A stretch of DNA of 64,000 nt from Acidobacteriota bacterium (GTDB taxonomy: Bacteria; Acidobacteriota; UBA6911; RPQK01; JADFOI01). The position numbers were made by a program, and so were the translations under genes. The stretch lies in assembly GCA_963663035.1 (NCBI GenBank), contig OY760074.1, positions 2,624,001 to 2,688,000 of the forward strand, read 5' to 3'. How positions within the stretch are numbered: the stretch's first letter is position 1; each line of letters begins with the position of its first letter. Shown in pieces: positions 60,149-64,000 of this stretch. The notes beneath the pieces were generated by a model. It did no database searches. It had not been told where the DNA came from and saw only the letters and a list, made by a program, of their open reading frames with translations.

Positions 60149-62137
60149 TTAGTTCCCCGCATACTTGGCGGCGATCTCAACGAGAGGTGAGCCAATGTGC
60201 ACCACGTCGTCATCGCTGAAATCATAGTGTGGTCCCACGGCCTGGCGTCCGAAATCCCTGGCCAGGGACTCCTGAAGCACAATGAGCTTGCCGCCCACCA
60301 TGGTCATCAAAGGATGCACCTTTAGGATGTCGTCCACTGGGATGCTCAGGTAGTCGCGGTCGATGACCAGGAAATCTGCGAATTTGCCCACTTCCAGGGA
60401 ACCGATATTGTCATTTTTTACATATTCGGTGGGCCAGATGGTGTACATCTTTAAAGCGTGCACCCGATCAATCCGTTCATCCGGTTGCCAGATGGTGCCG
60501 TCGTACTCGCGAGTCACAGCCTGCCAGAGCATGAAAAAGGGAGGCGTGAAGGACAGCGTACCCGGCACAGAGGAGGCCCGTCCATAATGCTGCCCCACCA
60601 GCTTGACACCCGAGTCGATCCAGGTCTTAAAGGGCAGAATAAAATCGTTCATTTGCGGTCCGTAGTCTCTTATCCAGTCCGGAGCTTCCCTCAGGAGATC
60701 AGGACCACAGCTCAAGATAATGCCGTAGTCTATGAGACCCTGGATAATATCGGGCTGCTTTCCAACCACGTCGCAATGCTCGCCCGTCATGGCCAGCTGT
60801 CGCACCTCTTCCATGGTCCATCCGTTGACCGCGCGGGCGCTATCGATCATGCGGAAGAAGGCTCTTGCGCTTTCGCTGCCACACATATGCACTCCTGAGA
60901 GGCGCCAACCCGCCTTCATGGCGTTCTCCAGCACATCCCAGGGCAAATCGCCCGGCTTGGGACAGACCTCCCGAGCCTTGATATTGGCTGGAGCCACGGT
61001 ATCGGGCCCGGTGCAGGATTCCGGGTAAATGGAATCCCAGCGCTCCGAGGCCACGCCGTCAATCCAGAGGTAGTCATCTCCTATACCCTGCAGCACTCCT
61101 GTCCTGCGATAGATCTGACGGGTTTGCTGCGGGTCTGTGGGCATACGATGGACCTCGTAGTGAGCCGCAAAACGAATGGGCATCTGGCCCAGACCGGCCA
61201 GCGTGGCGTATCCGCTCATGACCTTGGGAAAAGGAATGCGGCTGGAAAAGGTGGTCACCCCCTTGGAGGCGAATTCCTCTGAGGTGAGCTTGAGCGCCTG
61301 GGCCAGAACGCCCGGGGAGAGCTTCTCCAGAAAAAGCTCCCAGGTGATGACAGCCATCTCCTGGCTGCCCACCCAGCCGATGCCGGCAATGTCCTCGCCA
61401 ATATCATCTCCGTGCATGGTCTCGTGAATGGAAGCAGAGTATCCGGGCAGAAAGTCATTCAAGACTTCCAGAGCACGGGAATTCACCCAGCCTCTGGGCC
61501 CGGGACTGACCAACACGGGGTTATCCGGCGTCCACAGATCAATGGTGTCGCGATTGGTCAGACGTCGGGTAAACCCCCAGAACCTGGCCTCCAGAGGCGC
61601 TTCATCATGACCCTCGATCCGCAGCACCACCCACTCACCCGGATCCACCTTCTTGACCGCGTCCTGGAGGGCTTCGCGCATGATGGCCTGAGTTTTCTCC
61701 AGGTCCCGGTCAGCTTTGGCCGTGACGATCATTCCGTCGGGAGGGTACTTGAAGCCGAGCCGCTCCATGTACTGGATGGCACCTCCGTAAATGTGGCTGT
61801 GGGGTTCGACAATGCCGGGAAGCAGGGTCCGTCCCTGCAGGTCAAGGACCTCGGTGTCGGGTCCCGCCATGGCTCTGACCTGGGCATTGGTCCCCAACTT
61901 CATGATCTTGTCGCCTTTGACTGCCACGGCCTGGTAGATAGTGCCGACGCTGGTGGAGGTGGAAGCATCGTCCATGCTCACAACCTTCCCATTGATAAAG
62001 AGAGTGTCGGCATAGCCCTGTTGGGCCACCTCGGGGGGCAGCTGCTGAGCCAAAGCGCTGGAAAAGTGAAAGAGTAGAAGCAGGGCCGGAACTGGCCACC
62101 CGATGAAAAAAGGATTGAAGAATCGATGGTTTATCAT
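60149..62137 (-). CDS. Amidohydrolase 3 family (YtcJ-like) exported protein
   Basis: DLQGRTLLPGIVEPHSH, GSLEVGKFADFLVID, TMVGG. Confidence 0.85.
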   Translation of the reverse strand: MINHRFFNPFFIGWPVPALLLLFHFSSALAQQLPPEVAQQGYADTLFINGKVVSMDDASTSTSVGTIYQAVAVKGDKIMKLGTNAQVRAMAGPDTEVLDLQGRTLLPGIVEPHSHIYGGAIQYMERLGFKYPPDGMIVTAKADRDLEKTQAIMREALQDAVKKVDPGEWVVLRIEGHDEAPLEARFWGFTRRLTNRDTIDLWTPDNPVLVSPGPRGWVNSRALEVLNDFLPGYSASIHETMHGDDIGEDIAGIGWVGSQEMAVITWELFLEKLSPGVLAQALKLTSEEFASKGVTTFSSRIPFPKVMSGYATLAGLGQMPIRFAAHYEVHRMPTDPQQTRQIYRRTGVLQGIGDDYLWIDGVASERWDSIYPESCTGPDTVAPANIKAREVCPKPGDLPWDVLENAMKAGWRLSGVHMCGSESARAFFRMIDSARAVNGWTMEEVRQLAMTGEHCDVVGKQPDIIQGLIDYGIILSCGPDLLREAPDWIRDYGPQMNDFILPFKTWIDSGVKLVGQHYGRASSVPGTLSFTPPFFMLWQAVTREYDGTIWQPDERIDRVHALKMYTIWPTEYVKNDNIGSLEVGKFADFLVIDRDYLSIPVDDILKVHPLMTMVGGKLIVLQESLARDFGRQAVGPHYDFSDDDVVHIGSPLVEIAAKYAGN

Positions 62138-62176
62138 TGAACTTAACCTCCTAGCAAATTCTTGGTACTGAGAGAC

Positions 62177-63826
62177 TCACTGACAAGTAAAATTAGCCGC
62201 CACCCAGTTGGCGGGATCGTTTTCTCCTCCGGAAGGGCCGCTGTAAACGGCCAGCTCGGGGTAGGCGCAAAGCGGTCGCTCGTTGTCAATCACCCCATCG
62301 GTGCTGTGGGTCGCGACCACGAAGTCCGAGGCATTGCCGTTTTCCACCCAGTCCACCAGTGGGGAGAGCTTGTCCCAGGTATTGGGCCCCGGCCCGCCTC
62401 GGCAGTGGGCCATCCCCGGCGCCATAAAGAGCCGGGCGTGGTTCCTGGCAGCTTCCATATCGCCCGCGAAGGTGGTGGTGACCACGTCCTTATAGTAATC
62501 AACCGTGGGCTCGGTGTGGCTCCCGGGATCACTCCAGCCGTGGTAAAGGATCAACTTGCCGTCGTTTTTGAGCAGAAATCGCTCCAGGTCGGGGTCAGTG
62601 GCATCGGTGATCGACCTCATCAGGTCGGCCTTACCTGCCGTGAAGTCGTCGATGTTGAATTCCCACCAGGCCCACTCGGGCGGCATCCGTGTTTTATCCG
62701 GGGTCTGGGAGAGATCCATGAGGTCCGGCACGGTCACACCCGGGTCGGTCTCGTAGAACAGATAGTTGAGGTGATCACCGGAGACGCCCAACTCGGACGG
62801 GGTCCGACCCGAATGAGGAATGAGTTGATTGGCCCACCCGAATTCCGAACCCTTGGCTTTGCCCTTGAGAATGGAAACACCCCTACTATCGTATGCACCC
62901 GAATAGATATCCTTGATGGTCTGTATCTGCGCTGTGGTAAAGCAGGCATCGGCGTCCACATTTCCAGCGCACATCATCTCGGCTAAATCCACCTCGGGAT
63001 CAAAATCGCAGCTGAGCGGATCATCGATCACGCCGTCGGTGATCCCGTCATTGGCGTCGCATTTGTCCAGGACTGCCTCCTCCAGAATCTCCAGCTTGGT
63101 AAGGCTGTCAAAGCTACCATCCCCGTCGGTGTCAAAGGCCAGGGCGCCCGCAAAGTCATTTTGAAACACCCTTTGCAGCATCCACACATGGCTTGCATTC
63201 AAGGCCTGGTAGTTCTTCACCGGAGCACCGGCAACGATCCCGTCAAAATCATAGGGGTAACGCTGGGCTTCCATCAACCCCTGCAGACCACCCGTCGAGC
63301 AGCCCTCAAAGTAGGAGTATTCCGGCTCCTGGTCGTAATAGGCTTCGATCACGGTCTTGGCCGCGTTGGCGGTGAGATGCACCGCCCGGTAGCCAAAATC
63401 GATTTCTGCCTGCCGGTTGTTAAAGCCAAAGGAGGCTCTGGGTTCCGCTCCGCTGTCGTGACCGTTATTACTGTTGGCCACCGCATATCCTTCGGCCACG
63501 CGGTGATCGGCAAGACTCAAGGACCCGCCCTTGCCGCCATCTCCCCACTTGAGAAACCGGCCGTTCCAGCTCTCGGGCAGGGGCAACTGGACGTGATAAA
63601 GAATGGCCGAAGAAATGGCTCCCTTGACGTAACAGTAGGCCGGCGTCGAGTCGGCGGCCGGGACCAATTCAGCCGATGTAATGGTGAGATTGCGTATCTC
63701 GGTGAGCGCCAGGCAAGCCAGCTCCTCTTCCGAGAAGGCCTGGTCTCCGATCAGGCCACCGCAACCTGCCAGCCCCAATGCAAAGGCGGCCAAAAAAAGT
63801 GTGATTGAGTAGTATTGGCGACTCAT
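62177..63826 (-). CDS. Tannase/feruloyl esterase family lipoprotein
   Basis: LAGC lipobox, WNGRF, GCSTGG, DFDGIVAGAP, YHGWSD, PGMAHC. Confidence 0.92.
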   Translation of the reverse strand: MSRQYYSITLFLAAFALGLAGCGGLIGDQAFSEEELACLALTEIRNLTITSAELVPAADSTPAYCYVKGAISSAILYHVQLPLPESWNGRFLKWGDGGKGGSLSLADHRVAEGYAVANSNNGHDSGAEPRASFGFNNRQAEIDFGYRAVHLTANAAKTVIEAYYDQEPEYSYFEGCSTGGLQGLMEAQRYPYDFDGIVAGAPVKNYQALNASHVWMLQRVFQNDFAGALAFDTDGDGSFDSLTKLEILEEAVLDKCDANDGITDGVIDDPLSCDFDPEVDLAEMMCAGNVDADACFTTAQIQTIKDIYSGAYDSRGVSILKGKAKGSEFGWANQLIPHSGRTPSELGVSGDHLNYLFYETDPGVTVPDLMDLSQTPDKTRMPPEWAWWEFNIDDFTAGKADLMRSITDATDPDLERFLLKNDGKLILYHGWSDPGSHTEPTVDYYKDVVTTTFAGDMEAARNHARLFMAPGMAHCRGGPGPNTWDKLSPLVDWVENGNASDFVVATHSTDGVIDNERPLCAYPELAVYSGPSGGENDPANWVAANFTCQ

Positions 63827-64000
63827 GATTCCCCTCCCTTGATAAGACCCTTTGACGCTTACCCGTTTCAGGTCTGTGATGTGAGGGAATAGTACTACCG
63901 ACAGTGCACAATCACAACTTTCTAATGCTCCTCAGGGAAGTGGAGACGGTGCCGCTATTTCGGCGGCAGTGACAAGGCCAGGGTCATGGCCAGGGTGAGC

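Overview
About 64 kb of bacterial chromosome with moderately high GC. The protein styles (STAS/RsbW pair, 'LGTTISHY' Ser/Thr kinase, CBM9/DUF5916 proteins, many exported amidohydrolases and PQQ proteins) suggest Acidobacteriota; this is an inference. Most genes are accessory or metabolic: cofG/cofH FO synthase, a sugar-oxidation cluster, a minor type IV pilin operon, a TetR + B12 radical SAM module, an AbiE-type TA pair, rtcB, and an HD hydrolase. No rRNA, tRNA or CRISPR array was seen. Mobile and repeat content is high: two near-identical IS3 (IS407-like) copies plus stacked IS3 end remnants, two MITE families, REP-like hairpin doublets, and a perfect 78-bp palindrome. About nine genes carry lesions (IS insertion or truncation, 1-nt indels, an inferred 13-nt deletion, a 23-nt duplication). 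The most intriguing item is a stand-alone tyrosine recombinase (8094-9164). It has a dif-like 11-6-11 site plus GGGTAA repeats directly upstream. Its stop codon lies in a perfect 26-bp palindrome that looks like the empty or collapsed form of the MITE family found three times in the window. All calls are by eye from motifs; no searches were run.
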